A stretch of 64,000 bases of DNA. It comes from Mobula hypostoma (Eukaryota). Made by a program: the position numbers and the translations under genes. Positions within the stretch are counted from its first letter, which is position 1. Every line of letters begins with the position of its first letter. This document shows, in pieces, positions 10,526-22,685 of this stretch. The DNA lies in contig NC_086097.1 of the NCBI RefSeq assembly GCF_963921235.1, positions 47,742,001 through 47,806,000 on the forward strand. The letters are read 5' to 3'. The notes beneath the pieces are model-generated. The model saw nothing but the letters and a program-made list of their open reading frames with translations. It had not been told where the DNA came from and searched no databases.

Positions 10526-11425
10526 TTAAGATGTTGGAGATGAAAGTTGATCCAGATAACTCTGGGCATCCGATGGAGAATCAAAAAAACGAAGGGCTCC
10601 ATCTGACATGCGAATCCTTAGACGTGCAGGGTACAGCAGCGCTGGTCTTAAATCCCTCTTATAGAATTCCGACATCACGGATCTGTAACGGACCCGTTGG
10701 TCCCAGATTTGTTTACTGAAATCTTCCACGAATCGGAACTTAAGATCCGAAAAATCAATGAAACCTTTAGATCGAGCGAATCGAAACAGTTTCTCCTTGT
10801 CTTGAAAGTAATGAAAACGTAAAATAACATGCCTAGGTCTATCTGACCTAGACGAGTATGATGGGATTCTGTGAACACGATCCAGTAGCGGTGGTTGGTC
10901 AGGAAATACAGTAGGGAATGCATCTTTTAAAAGTTGGGAGAAATATTTCATGGGGTTGTTACCTTCAGCGGCTTCCCTCACGCCAATCATTCGTAAATTC
11001 TGCCGTCGCATTCTAGATTCCAAGTCAGAGTTTTTAAAAGTCAAAAAGTCAAGTTTCTTCTTCATTACATTAATTGTTTCTTCGATTTTCCCCATCTTAA
11101 GCTCACTTTGTTGCGCGGATTTTTGAAGATCAGATATAGCCGACTGATGTTCCGCAATACATGTTTGCATCTTATCAATTAAATCGGCAATTTTCTGGAA
11201 ATTAGTTGAGATTTCCGTATGAATCAGGTCTTTAACAAAGCCCGCAATTTCCGTACGAATCATCTCCCTAACAGAGGTTGAAATTTCCCTCTGAATTAAC
11301 TCCGCTATCGCTTTCAAAGTCACCGGTGATTCAGTCGGAGGGAGATCCGTAGCTTTCGGTTTAACCGGAGGTTTACCATCCTTGCCGTCTTTCTCGTTCT
11401 TAGACATAGCAGATCTAAGTTCCAT
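10526..11425 (-). CDS. Host L1 ORF1p
   Basis: 299-aa intact ORF, 15 substitutions relative to 2352-3251. Confidence 0.95.
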   Translation of the reverse strand: MELRSAMSKNEKDGKDGKPPVKPKATDLPPTESPVTLKAIAELIQREISTSVREMIRTEIAGFVKDLIHTEISTNFQKIADLIDKMQTCIAEHQSAISDLQKSAQQSELKMGKIEETINVMKKKLDFLTFKNSDLESRMRRQNLRMIGVREAAEGNNPMKYFSQLLKDAFPTVFPDQPPLLDRVHRIPSYSSRSDRPRHVILRFHYFQDKEKLFRFARSKGFIDFSDLKFRFVEDFSKQIWDQRVRYRSVMSEFYKRDLRPALLYPARLRIRMSDGALRFFDSPSDAQSYLDQLSSPTS

Positions 11426-11582
11426 CCAGTTATCGGAGAATTCAGTTTAATTCAAAGTATTGTAAGAGTTGATGCCTTAATGGTTAATTAAAGTATAGCT
11501 GACCATAGAGAAAAAAAACTCAGAGGTAATGGAGCGAGTCAAGAACGCGACTTCACTCCATGAGCGCTACCGGAAGTCTCCC

Positions 11583-12733
11583 GATTTTAGTAAGGCATTT
11601 GACATGTCCTTCGTGGTTGGCTCATCTGGAAGATTAAGCTGCATGGGATCATTGTGAATTCGCCATTGGGATTCATTACTGGTTTACGCATGGAAGATAG
11701 AGGGTAGAGGTCAAAGGATTTTATTCTAGCAGGAGGTCTGTGATTAGTGTTCTGCAGGGATCTGTACTGGGACCGCTGCTGTTTGTGATGTATATAAATG
11801 ACCCTGGTGAAAATGGAAATGGGTGAATCAGTAAGTTTACAGATGATATGAAGATTGGTGGTTTTATGAATAGCGTAGATGACTGGCAAAGAATATAGTG
11901 GGATAGACAGTTGATCAGTTGCAGGTATGGGCAGAGAGATGACAGATGCAGTTTAAGCTGGCCAAATGTGAAGTGTGGAACCTTGGTAGGTCAAATGCAA
12001 AGAGACAATACACTGTTAATGGTGCGACTCTTAGAATTATTTATAAGCTGAAGGATCTTGGGGTCCAAGTTCTTGGCTTCCTGAAAATGGCTACACAGGT
12101 TGATTGGGTGGTTGAGAAGGCATATGGCAGGTTTGTGTTCATTAGTGAGGCAGTGAGTTCAAAAGTCAGGAAGTGATTCTATGGGTGAGCCGGTTATGAA
12201 TCCAGTTTTATAAAACTAGTTAGGCCGCATTTGAAGTATTGCATACAATTCTGGTCCCCCTATCCGTAGGACAGATGTTGAGGCTTTGGAGAGAGTGCAG
12301 AAGAGGTTTACCAGGATGCTGCCTGGATTAGAGAGCATGTGCTGATGGGTGGTCAGACAAAGGTTTATAAGATGATGAAAGGCATAGATAGAGTAGACAG
12401 ACAGTATCTTTTCCCCAGAGTTGAAGTGTCTAATGCCAGAGGGCATGTACTTACGGTGGGGGGGGGTGATTTTAAAGGAGATGTGAGAGCATGTTTGTTT
12501 TTTTTACACAAAGCGTGGTGGGTGCCAGGAATGCACTGCCTGGATAGTGGTAGAGGCAGATACATTAGTGACTTAAGATCGGCACGTGACCGTGAAGAAA
12601 ATGGAGGAATGTGCACATTCTGTATGCATAAAGATTTGTTTAGTTGGCTATTTGATCACTAATTTTATTTTGGTTTGGCACAACATTGTGGGCCAGAAGA
12701 TCTGTTCCTGTGCTGTACTGTTGTATGTTCCAT
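11583..12733 (+). mobile_element. Degraded CR1 LINE, 3' part (RT to 3' tail), abutting the host L1 5' end
   Basis: Starts GATTTTAGTAAGGCATTTGAC (DFSKAFD); later remnants of RPHLEYCVQFWSP and LERVQKRFTRMLPG; CR1-type end cctgtgctgtactgttgtatgttc. Confidence 0.85.
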
Positions 12734-15518
12734 TGTAGATGTCTACATTGAAGTTAATGAGAGAACATATCACATTACTGACCTGTGTAAAGACTTTAGA
12801 AAATCAGGAAATTAATCATTCATCGCAGAATCCTCAGTAGTTAAATTGCTTTTGTAGTCACATGCCTAGCTTTGTTTACCTTTGCTGATTGCTAGGACGT
12901 TGATGGTGTAGGATTCAAGGCTAATAAAATATGTTGCACATCAGTAGGTGGTAACTAAAAACAAAGATGTACCAGATAAAAGGACTGCTATTTTTAAAGA
13001 AAATTAAACCTTGAAAGCATTGCCTGTGTAGAAGTCACCCAGCAGATGAATGTCTCGAATACAATGCACATTTTAAGATCTAGAGTCATAAAGTCATTGG
13101 AAAGTACAGCACAGAAACAGGTCCTTTGGACCATCTAGTCTGTGTCAAACCATTTAAATTGACTATTCCTATCGACCTTCACTGGGACAATAGCCCTCCA
13201 TACTCCCACTATCCATGTCTCTCTCCAAATTTCTCTTTAATGTTGAAATTGCACTCGCATGCCCACTAGCGCTGGTAGCTCGTTCCACACTTTCATGACC
13301 CTGTAAATGAAAAGGTTTCCCCTCATGTTCCCCTTAAACTTCTCACCTTTAACTTCTCACCTTTCACCCTTAAGCCATGACCTGTAGTTGCTGTTCCACC
13401 CAACCTCAGTGGGCAAACGCTGCTTACATTTCCCCTATCTATACCCCTCATAATTTTGAATACCTCTGTCAAATCTCCCTTCCGTCTTCTACTTTCCAAA
13501 GAACAAAGTACTAACCTATTCAATTTTATAATTCAGGTCCTCCAGTTTCAGCAACATCCTTGTAAGTTGTCTCTGTACTTTTTCAGCCTTATTTGCATCT
13601 TGTAGGTGGGTGACCAAAACTGCACACTATATTCCTAATTAAGCCTCACCAATGTTTTATACAACTCCCAACATAATATCCCATTTCCTGTACTCAATAC
13701 TTCGATTTGTGAAAGTCAGTGTACCAAAAACTTTCTTTATGACCCTTTCTTCCTGTGATGCCAGTATCAATTAAATGTGTACCTCTATTCCCAGATCCCT
13801 TTGTTCTACCGCATTCCTCGGTTCCTTATTGTTCACTGTTTATGGCCTAGCTTGGTTGATCTTGCTGAAGTGCAACAACTCACACTTGTCTACATTAAAT
13901 TCCATCTGCTATTTTTTTCAGCCCATTTTTCTAGCTGGTCTGGTCCAGAACCATCTGCAAGCTCTGATAGTCTTCCTCACTGTCCACCACACTTGTAATC
14001 TTGGTGACATTTGCAAATTTGCTGATCGAGTTAATCACATTATCATTGAGATCATTGATATTGATCCCAAACTACAACAGACACAGCACTCCACTAGTCA
14101 CAGGCCTCCAGTCAGAGAGGCACCCATCTACTATCATTCTCTGGCTTTTCCCGCAAAACCAATGTCTAATCCAATTTACTACCTCATATTGTATGCAGAG
14201 TGACTGAACCTTCTTGACCAACTTTTCATGCAGGACCTTGTCAAATGCTTTGCTAAAGTTCATGTAAACAATGTCTACTGCCTTGCCTTCATGAACTTTC
14301 TAGGTAGGTTCCTCAAAACTCTTAAGATTGGTTAGACATGACCTACCATGCACAAAGCCATGCTGACTATCCCTAATCAATCCCTGTCTATCCATATACT
14401 TGTATGTCTGGTCTCTTAGAATACCTTCCAGTAACTTTCCCATGACTGGTGTCAGGCTCACTGGTCTATAATTTCCTGGATTTTTTTTTTTTTTTTTGAG
14501 CCTTTCTTAAACAGTGGAACAACAATGGCTATTCTCCAATCCCCTGGTACCTCACCTGTCGCTAAGGATGATTTAAATATCTCTGCTAGGGCCCCTGCAA
14601 TTTCTGCACTTGCCTCCCACAGTGTCCAAGAGAACACCTTATCTGGCCCTGGGAATTTATCAACCCTAATTTGCCTCAAGATAGCAAACACCTCCTCCTC
14701 TGTCACCTGTACAAGGTCCAAGAATTTGATGCTGCTTTTCCTCACTTTTATAGACTCTGTCTGTTTCATGAGTAAGTACAGAAGTAAAGAAGTCACTTAA
14801 GATCTCCTCCATCTATTTTGACTGCACAGTTGGATTACCCTTCTGGTCGTCCAAAGGACCACTTTAGTCCGTTGCAATCCTTTTGCTCGTAATATATCTG
14901 CAGAATCCCTTAGGATTCTCCTTCACCTTGTCTTCTAGAGCAACCTCATGCCTTCTTATAGCCCTACTGATTTTCCTTAAGTGTTCTCTTGCAATTCTTG
15001 TACTCCATAAGTACCTCATTTCTTCCTTCCTGCCTCTACCTGCTATGTACCTCCCTTTTTTCCCTCAACCAGGGCCTCAATATCTTGAAAACCAAGGTTC
15101 CCTACACCTGTTAATCTTTACCTTTTATTCTGACAGGCACAAACAAGCTTTGTGCTCTCAAAATGTCACTTTTGAAGGCCTCCCACTTGCCAGAAAATGG
15201 TCTGCCCCAATCCACACTTGCAAATCCTTTCTGATACCATCAACATTGGCTTTTTTTTTCCCAATTTAGATTCTCAACTGACCAGCAGATCAGACCTACC
15301 TTTTTCCATATTTACTTTGCATATAATGATCATAATGTCATCAGTTTCAAAGTGCTCCCATACACAAACTTCTGTCACCTGCCCTGTCTCATTCCCTGAT
15401 AGATCAAGTATTGTACACTCACTTGGTGGGACTTGTATGTGCTGATTAAGGAAATTTTCCTGCAGACATTTGACAAACTCTCTCCCAACTAGCCCTTTTA
15501 CAGTATGTCAGTCTCAGT

Positions 15519-17830
15519 GAAGTCAAGTTTAAATATATACATGTATACTGTCAAATGAGACAGGGTTTCGTTGGGCCAGGGTGTAAAGCATGCTAGTGCA
15601 CAACACACATGTAACACACAATAACTTAAAGTAAAAATTAAATCTGCAAATTAATTCTGCATAGATAAATGAAGTAAAGCACTATTTAAATATTGCAGGG
15701 TACAGTACAAATTATCAGGTGACACTTCAAATGCGATGCAGCGGGGTGTTCAGAAGTCTAATGGCCTGAGGGAAGAAGTTGTTTCCCATATTGACCTTTC
15801 TGTCAGTATGCAATGGAGTCTCCTGCCTGATGGTAGGATATCAAAGAGGATACTGCATGGATGAGTGGGATCCTTGATAATACTTAGGGCCCTGTGAATG
15901 CATCATTCCTGTTGAATGTCCCCAGTGGATGGTAGGGATACTCCTATGATCCTGTCAGCTGTTTTCACAGTCCTTTGTGGAACCTGTTGGTATGATGCTC
16001 CTGTAAAATTTAGTTAAGTTGGGGGGGGGCCTCAATCTCGGGATGTGGAGGCACTACTGTGTTTTCTTATTCAGGGAGGTGATATTGAGGGGCCAGGTGA
16101 GGTCGTTCCTGATAAGAACCCCTAGGAACTTGGTGCACTTAACTCTCTCTATGGAGGAGAAGTATATGCAGCGAGGACGATGGTTTATCTGCACCTTCCT
16201 AAAGTCCACAATCAGTTCCTTGGTTGTCTTCACGTACAGACTGGTGCTGTTGTTATCACATCAGTCCACCAGCCCCTTCACCACTTCTCTGTATTCCTAC
16301 TTATTATTGTTGTTGCTGAGGCCAACCACTGTGTGTCATCCTCAAACTTGAAACAGTTTGAGCTGAATGCTGCAACACATTCATGCGTCAGCAGTGTTAA
16401 CAGCAGCGGCTAAGCACACAGCCCTGGGGAGTGTCTAGAGTGTAATGACCGAGAGACATTGTTCTCCACGTGGGCAACCGTGGTCTTTCTGTTAAGGTCA
16501 AGACCCAGTTACAGAGGGAGGCATTCAGACCCAGTGAGGACTATTTCCCCACCATTTTCTGGGGCATGATGGTGTTAAATGCTCAACTGAAGTCTATAAA
16601 CAGTTACCTAGTATATAAGACCCCATTTTCCAGGTGGGACAGGACACAGTAAAAGATAGTGGCTGTGGCATCATCAGTGGATCGATATTTGAGCAATAAA
16701 CAAACTGGAAAGGATCCAATATAGCCTAGAGTAAGGCTTGAATGCTCTCCATGACCAACAACTCAAAGCATTTCATAATGGTTCACGTTAATGCCACAGG
16801 ATGATAGTCATTTAGACAGATTGCTGTTGCCATTGTTAGCACTGGAATGGTTGTTGCTGCATTAGAAACTGAAGGGATGATGGACTGTTCCAAAGAGATG
16901 TTGAATATATCCATCAGCACCTCTCTTAGCTGGGCTGCGCAGTCTTTCAGAACTCAATCTGGTACTGTATATTATTGGGCCCTTCAGCTAAGCGTGGGTT
17001 GATCCTGGCCAAGGTGTTCCTCACCTCAGTTTCTGGGGTGTCTGTTCCTCTGAGGTAGATGGGTGCCTTCCTTGCCAGCACCTTGTTATGTGCATCAAGG
17101 TTGGCATAGAGGACATTCACCCTGTAGAGGAGTGAAACATCCTAGGTGCTGATGTGCAGAGCAGACTTATCTTATGAATTCCCTACTGCAAATGCCTCGT
17201 GCCACTGGTATCGCAGAAATGGGTGTCTATTCTCAGAGAATGCTCCTGTTTCGCCTTCCTGATGGAGTGAGATAGCACAGTTCTTGCTTCCTTGAGAGCT
17301 GTCATGTCCCCTGATCTAAAGGAGGCATTGTGATCCCTCAGCCATGCATGGACCCCTGCAGTAAGCCATGGCTTCTGGTTTGTCCTCACATGATGTGTTT
17401 CGTGTTGCTAACATGCTCTGTACACTTCTCTATGTAGCTGGTCACAGAACACATATTCCTCGATGTGGTTGCCATATGTAGCAGACTCCATGAACGTTCT
17501 CCAGTTTGTTTTTTTCAAAGAGTCCTGCAGAGTTGAGATAGCCCCCTCAGGCCAAGTTTTCACCACCGTTAGAACTGGTTTGGCCTGTTTAATCAGTGGT
17601 TTGTATGCTGGAATCAACATAACATAGCTAATCTGAGAGCCCAATGTGGGGTCAGAGTACTGCTTTTTATGCACTTGGTATGTTAGTATATTTCCAGTTT
17701 ATTTTCAACTCTTGATAGCAAAACTAGTAAACTGGTGGAATTTAAGTAGGACTGTTTTTAGGGTTGAGTAGTTGAAGTCACCAGCAACAATGATGATACC
17801 ATCAGGGTGTTTAGTTTGAAAGTCACTGTA
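15519..17830 (-). mobile_element. Degraded Rex1/Babar-like LINE nested in CR1
   Basis: NQKPWLTAGV...FRSGD and [14 protein letters not shown] motifs; RT remnants; 3' tail next to AGTCAA, which also occurs at the other junction. Confidence 0.75.
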
Positions 17831-18449
17831 GAGTCAATATTTGCAAAGTAACCTTCTATGACACACTTATGTTTCCTGCAGCAGTCTGTGATCTCTCTGC
17901 GGATTTGTTCCTCTAAATCCCGTGGACTATTAAGTGGTCTGTAACATATAGCCCCATTAATGTGGTTAGACCTTTCTTGTTCCTCAGTTCCACCTATAAC
18001 ACTTCATGAGTTCCTCAGTCTGTCCTCCCTAAACACTACTGTGAGATTTTCCCTGACTACTAATTGCATCCCTCCTCCTTTAATCCCTCTTGCTGTGTCA
18101 CACCTAAGACAGCGGAACCCCAGAATAATGAGTTGCCAGTCCTGCCTCTCCTGCAACTAAGTCTTACAAATAATTCCATATATTGGTCCATGCCCAGAGT
18201 TCATCTGCCTTTCCTATGATACTTCTTGCATTGAAATATGTGCAGCTCAGGACATTAGTCACACCATGCTCAACCTTTTGATTCCTGACTTTGTTTGAGA
18301 TCTTAACAACATCTATCTCCACAACCTCTTCACTATCTGTTCTGGCACTCTGGTTTCCATCACCCTGCAACCCTAATTTAAATCCTCCCTCCATGCTGCA
18401 CCAGCCTTCCAGTTCAGGTGCAAACCGTCTCTTCTGTACAGGTCTCATT

Positions 18450-21400
18450 TCAGCCTGATGCAGCTGAAAAGCTCAACTGCTTCTAAGGTCAGTCCAGTCA
18501 ATAAAGATGTCTTAATACATTTAAACAAACTATCGCTGCTTAGAACTGACAGAAACAATACCAATTGGGGACGGATTCCTCATAGGATTCCACGCAGGAT
18601 ACATGGCTGCTGGTCAGGGCTACAAGTGTGTTTAAGGAAACGGCTTTAAACTCCCAATACCGACTACATATCTTGCTGGCAAATGTGCATCCTCTGGTAA
18701 ATAAAATTGATGATCTCAGCTAGGGTGCTGAATCAGAGGGACATTAGAACTGCATGTGTCCTTTGTTTCATGGAATCCTGGTTAACCCCTTCTGTACCGG
18801 ATACAGTGATTCAGATCGACGGGTTTACTATACACCGTCAGGATAGATCTATAGAGACTCTCAAAAGCAGAGGTGGAAGAGTATGCCTCATGACCAACCC
18901 TTCTTGGTGCACAAATATATCAGTGCTGTCCCAATTCTGCTCACCAGACCTGGAATATCTAGCAGTTAAGTGCTGTCCATTTTATTTACCACGGGAGATT
19001 TCTGGGATAATTTTGGTAGCGGTATACATTTCACCTCAGGCCAGTATCATTCATGCTTTAGATGATCTGAGCAATGAGATCAACATGCACGAAACAGCGC
19101 ACCCTCATACCTTTACCATTGTTTTGGGGGATTTTAATCAGGCTTGTCTGAAAAAATCACTAAAGCAATTACCATCACCAGATCTCTTGCAATATCAGAG
19201 GAAACAACACACTGGACCATCGTTACATCACCATCAAGAATGCCTACTGTGCTATTTCACGCCCTCACTTTGGGAAGTCTGATCACCTGGCTGTACTTCT
19301 ATTCCCTGAATATAGGCAGAGACTGAAGAATGCAGCACCTGTAGTGGGGACCAAGAAGGTTTGGACAAGAGAAGCACAGGAGCGATTACAAGACTACTTT
19401 GAATCGGTGGACTGGACTGTATTCAGGGATTCATCTTTGAAACTGGATGAGTATGCTGTAGTTGTTACTGATTAAAACCTGTGTGGATAAGTGTGTGCCT
19501 ACAAAGACTTGCTGTACATTCCCAAATCAAAAGCCTTGGATGAACCAGGAGGTACCCATCTACTGAAGGCTAGATCTGTGGCATTTAAGTCTGGCAATCC
19601 AGGTAGGTACCAGAAAACCAGGTATGATTTGCGAAGGGCTATTTCAAGGGTGAAGGGACAATTTTGAACGAGGTTGGAGGTGACATCGGATGCAGGGTAA
19701 CTCTGGCAGGGTTTGCAAGACATTACTTCCTATAAAGCGAAACCCAATAGCATGAATGGCAGCAATGTTTCACTACCAGATAAACTCAGCACCTTCTAAG
19801 CCCGCTTTGAAAGAGAGAATATAACTACAGCTGTGAAGATCCTTGCTGTACCTGGTGACCCTGTGATCTCTTATCTCAGAGGCCAATGTTAGGCTATCTT
19901 TAAAGAGGGTGAACCCTTGCAAGGCAGAAGGACCCGATGGAGTACCTGAGAAGGCTCTGAAAACTTGTGTCAACCAACTGGCGGAAGTATTCAAGGATAT
20001 TTTCAGCCTTTCTCTGCTACGGGTGGAAGTTCCCTCTTGCTTCAAAAAGGCAACAATTATACCAGTGACTAAGAAGAATAATGTGAGCTGCCTTAATACC
20101 TATCATCCGGTAGGACTCACATCGACAGTCATGAAATGCTTTGAGAGGTTGATCATGACTGGACTGAACTCCTGCCTCAGCAAGGACCTGGACCCATTTC
20201 AATTTGCCTATTGCCACAATAGGTCAACGGCAGATGCAATCTCAATGGCTCTTCACACAGTTTTAGACCACCTGGACAACACAAACTCCTATGTTAGGAT
20301 GCTATTCATGGACTATAGCTCAGCATTTATAACACCGTCATTCCCACAGTCCTGATTGAGAAGTTACAGAACCTGGGCCTCAGTACCTCTCTCTGCAGTT
20401 GGATCCTGGACTTCCTAAATGGAAGACCACTATCTGTGCGGATTGGTGATAACATATCCTCCTCGCTGATGATCAATACTGCTGCACTTCGGGTGTGTGC
20501 TTAGCCCACTACTCTAATCTACTCTATATCCATGATTGTGTGGCCAGGTGTAGCTCAAATACTATCTATAAATTTGCTGATGATACAACTATTGTTGGTA
20601 GAATTTCAGATGGAGACGAGGGCATAGAGGAGTGAGATATGCCAATTAATGGAGTGGTGTTGCAGCAACAACCAGCAACCCAACATCAGTAAGATGAAAG
20701 AGCTGATTGTGAACTTCAGGAAGGGTAAGATGAAGGAACACATACCAGTGCTCATAAGAGGGATCAGAAGTGGAGAGAGTGAGCAGTTTCAAGTTCCTGG
20801 GTGTCAAGAGCTCTGAGGACCTAACCTGGTCCCAACATATCGATGCAGTTATAAAGAAGGCAAGACAGCAACTATACTTCACTGGGAGTTTGAAGAGATT
20901 TCTTATGTCAACAAATACACTCAAAAACTTCTATAGATGTACCGTGGAGAGCATTCTGACAGGCTGCATCATTGTCAGCTTTGGGGGGGCGGGCGGGGTG
21001 TTGGGCTACTGCACAGGGCAGAAAGAAGCTGCAGAGGATTGTAAATTTAGTCAGCTCTGTTATAGCGTGAATTGAATCACCGGTGGGGGCGGGGAGAGAG
21101 AGAGTTACCAATAGATACAAAGCAGCTTCTTTATTTGACAAAGCAAGGTTCAGCAGGCATCATACGGACGGAGACGCTTTTGGTGGAAAGGTCTGTTAGC
21201 CCAATGTGGGCTCTATTTGCTAAGCACAAAGGGCAATCCATACTTACAAGGTATAGACAATGCTTTCTTTTGAAGCTACATACAAAACATCACACTTTCT
21301 GACTTCATCCATTCCTCCTGACGCCAGCATGTCTGGGCTGGTATTCACAGCCTTTAGGAATGCAAGTTAAATCCACAGTACATTTATTTGGTATCTTATG

Positions 21401-21760
21401 TGCTAACATAGAGGACAATTCATATTTACAAAGTATAGATAATGCTGTCTTTGAAACTACCTGTAAACTTCACACTTCTATCCCAGAGGCACCACCAGCG
21501 TCTGGGCTAGTACTCCTGTATTCACAGCTTTTAGGAATAGCATTGTTACAAATGAACTGGGTTCACAGCTTTTAGGAAATGCATTGTTATGAACTCAATC
21601 CACAGTATTTTGTCAGAGGACAGAAGACTGGTGGCCAAAGAGTAAATGAATCATCTACCAAAAAACTCACTCTAACAAGCTCCATCTTTGATTGCATTGA
21701 ACTGCTGATGCTAAGTTTACAAATTTCATGACACATGCTGGTGATAATAAACCTGATTCT
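18450..21760 (+). mobile_element. Degraded Rex1/Babar LINE (EN and RT) nested in CR1, containing a solo LTR
   Basis: CVLCFMESWL, RGGRVCLM, CPFYLPRE, GDFNQA, KAEGPDGVP, DYSSAF; tail gataataaacctgattctga. Confidence 0.85.
21058..21677 (-). mobile_element. Solo LTR (620 bp), 5-bp TSD AGCTC
   Basis: TGTTA...TAACA ends; AGCTC at 21053-21057 and 21678-21682; empty site cagctccatc seen in a related LINE at about 45021; strand inferred from TTTATT near 21130. Confidence 0.85.
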
Positions 21761-22096
21761 GAGGTCAAATGTTCCCTTGGAGAGAGCCGAATGATCCAAA
21801 AATCTGATGCCCACCCTACCTTCTACAACAACTCCTTAGCCACATGCTTATCTTCTTATGTTTGTCCTCACAAGCAAGTGCCATGGGTAGTAATCCTAGG
21901 ATCACAACCCTTGAGGTCCTGCCCTTTAACTTAGCGTCTGACTCCTTGAGCTCATTTTGCAGAACCTCATCACTTTTCCTACTTGTGTTATTGGTACTTG
22001 CATAGACCATGACCTTTGGCCCACTTAAGAATGCTGAGGACTCAGTCTGAGATGTCCCAAGATCTGGCGCCCAGGAGACAATATACCACCCAGGAA

Positions 22097-22685
22097 CACA
22101 AAATACTCTGCAGATGCTGGGGTCAAAGCAACACTCACAACACACTGGACGAACCTCAGCAGGTCAGGCAGCATCCGTGGAAACGATCAGTCAACGTTTC
22201 AGACCGGAACCCTTCGTCAGGACTGAAGAGGGAAGGGGCAGAGGCCCTATAAAGAAGGTGGGGGGAGGGTGGGAAGGAAAAGGCTGGTAGGTTCCAGGTG
22301 AAAAACCAGTAAGGGGAAAGATAAAGGGGTGGGGGAGGGGAAACAGGGAGGTGATAGGCAGGAAAGGTGAAGAAGGAATAGGGGAAAACACAATGGGTAG
22401 TAGAAGTAGGCGGAACCATGAGGGAGGTGATAGGCAGCTGGGGGAGGGGGCCGAATGAAACGGGGATAGGGGAAGGGAGGGGGAGGGAATTACCGGAAGT
22501 TGAAGAACTCTATGTTCATACCAAGGGGCTGGAGACTACCTAGACAGTATATGAGGTGTTGCTCCTCCAACCTGAGTTTAGCCTCATCATGGCAGTAGAG
22601 GAGGCCATGTATGGACATATCTGAATGGGAATGTGAAGCAGAGTTGAAGTGGGTGGTAATGGGGAGATCCTGTCTGTACAAGGAT
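22097..22685 (-). mobile_element. 5'-truncated Penelope-like element (GIY-YIG C-terminus and terminal repeat), 13-bp TSD
   Basis: HFNSASHSHSDM...RLEEQHLIYCLGSLQPLGMNIEF; TACCACCCAGGAA at 22084-22096 and 22686-22698. Confidence 0.85.
22188..22225 (-). ncRNA. Minimal type I hammerhead-ribozyme-like motif in the Penelope terminal repeat
   Basis: Minus strand CAGUC CUGACGA AGGGUUCCGGUCU GAAA CG UU GACUG: stem I CAGUC/GACUG, conserved core, weak G-U-rich stem II. Confidence 0.55.

Larger units (their letters stand above)
8102..11582 (-). mobile_element. Host L1 LINE, 5' half (5' UTR, ORF1, spacer, ORF2 EN to start of RT)
   Basis: Near-identical reverse complement of 2196-5670; 5' end GGGAGACTTCCGG at 11582. 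Confidence 0.97.

Noticed and set aside
2854..10923. Short ORFs overlapping L1 ORFs or the spacer (e.g. 2854-3102, 3288-3521, 3725-3958, 7887-8093)
   Set aside because: Alternate-frame or low-complexity T-rich ORFs; shared between copies only because the copies are near-identical
1..11582. Assembly artefact or inverted segmental duplication of one L1
   Set aside because: The copies differ at many positions, and the breakpoints coincide exactly with the L1 5' end, 3' tail and a 16-bp TSD
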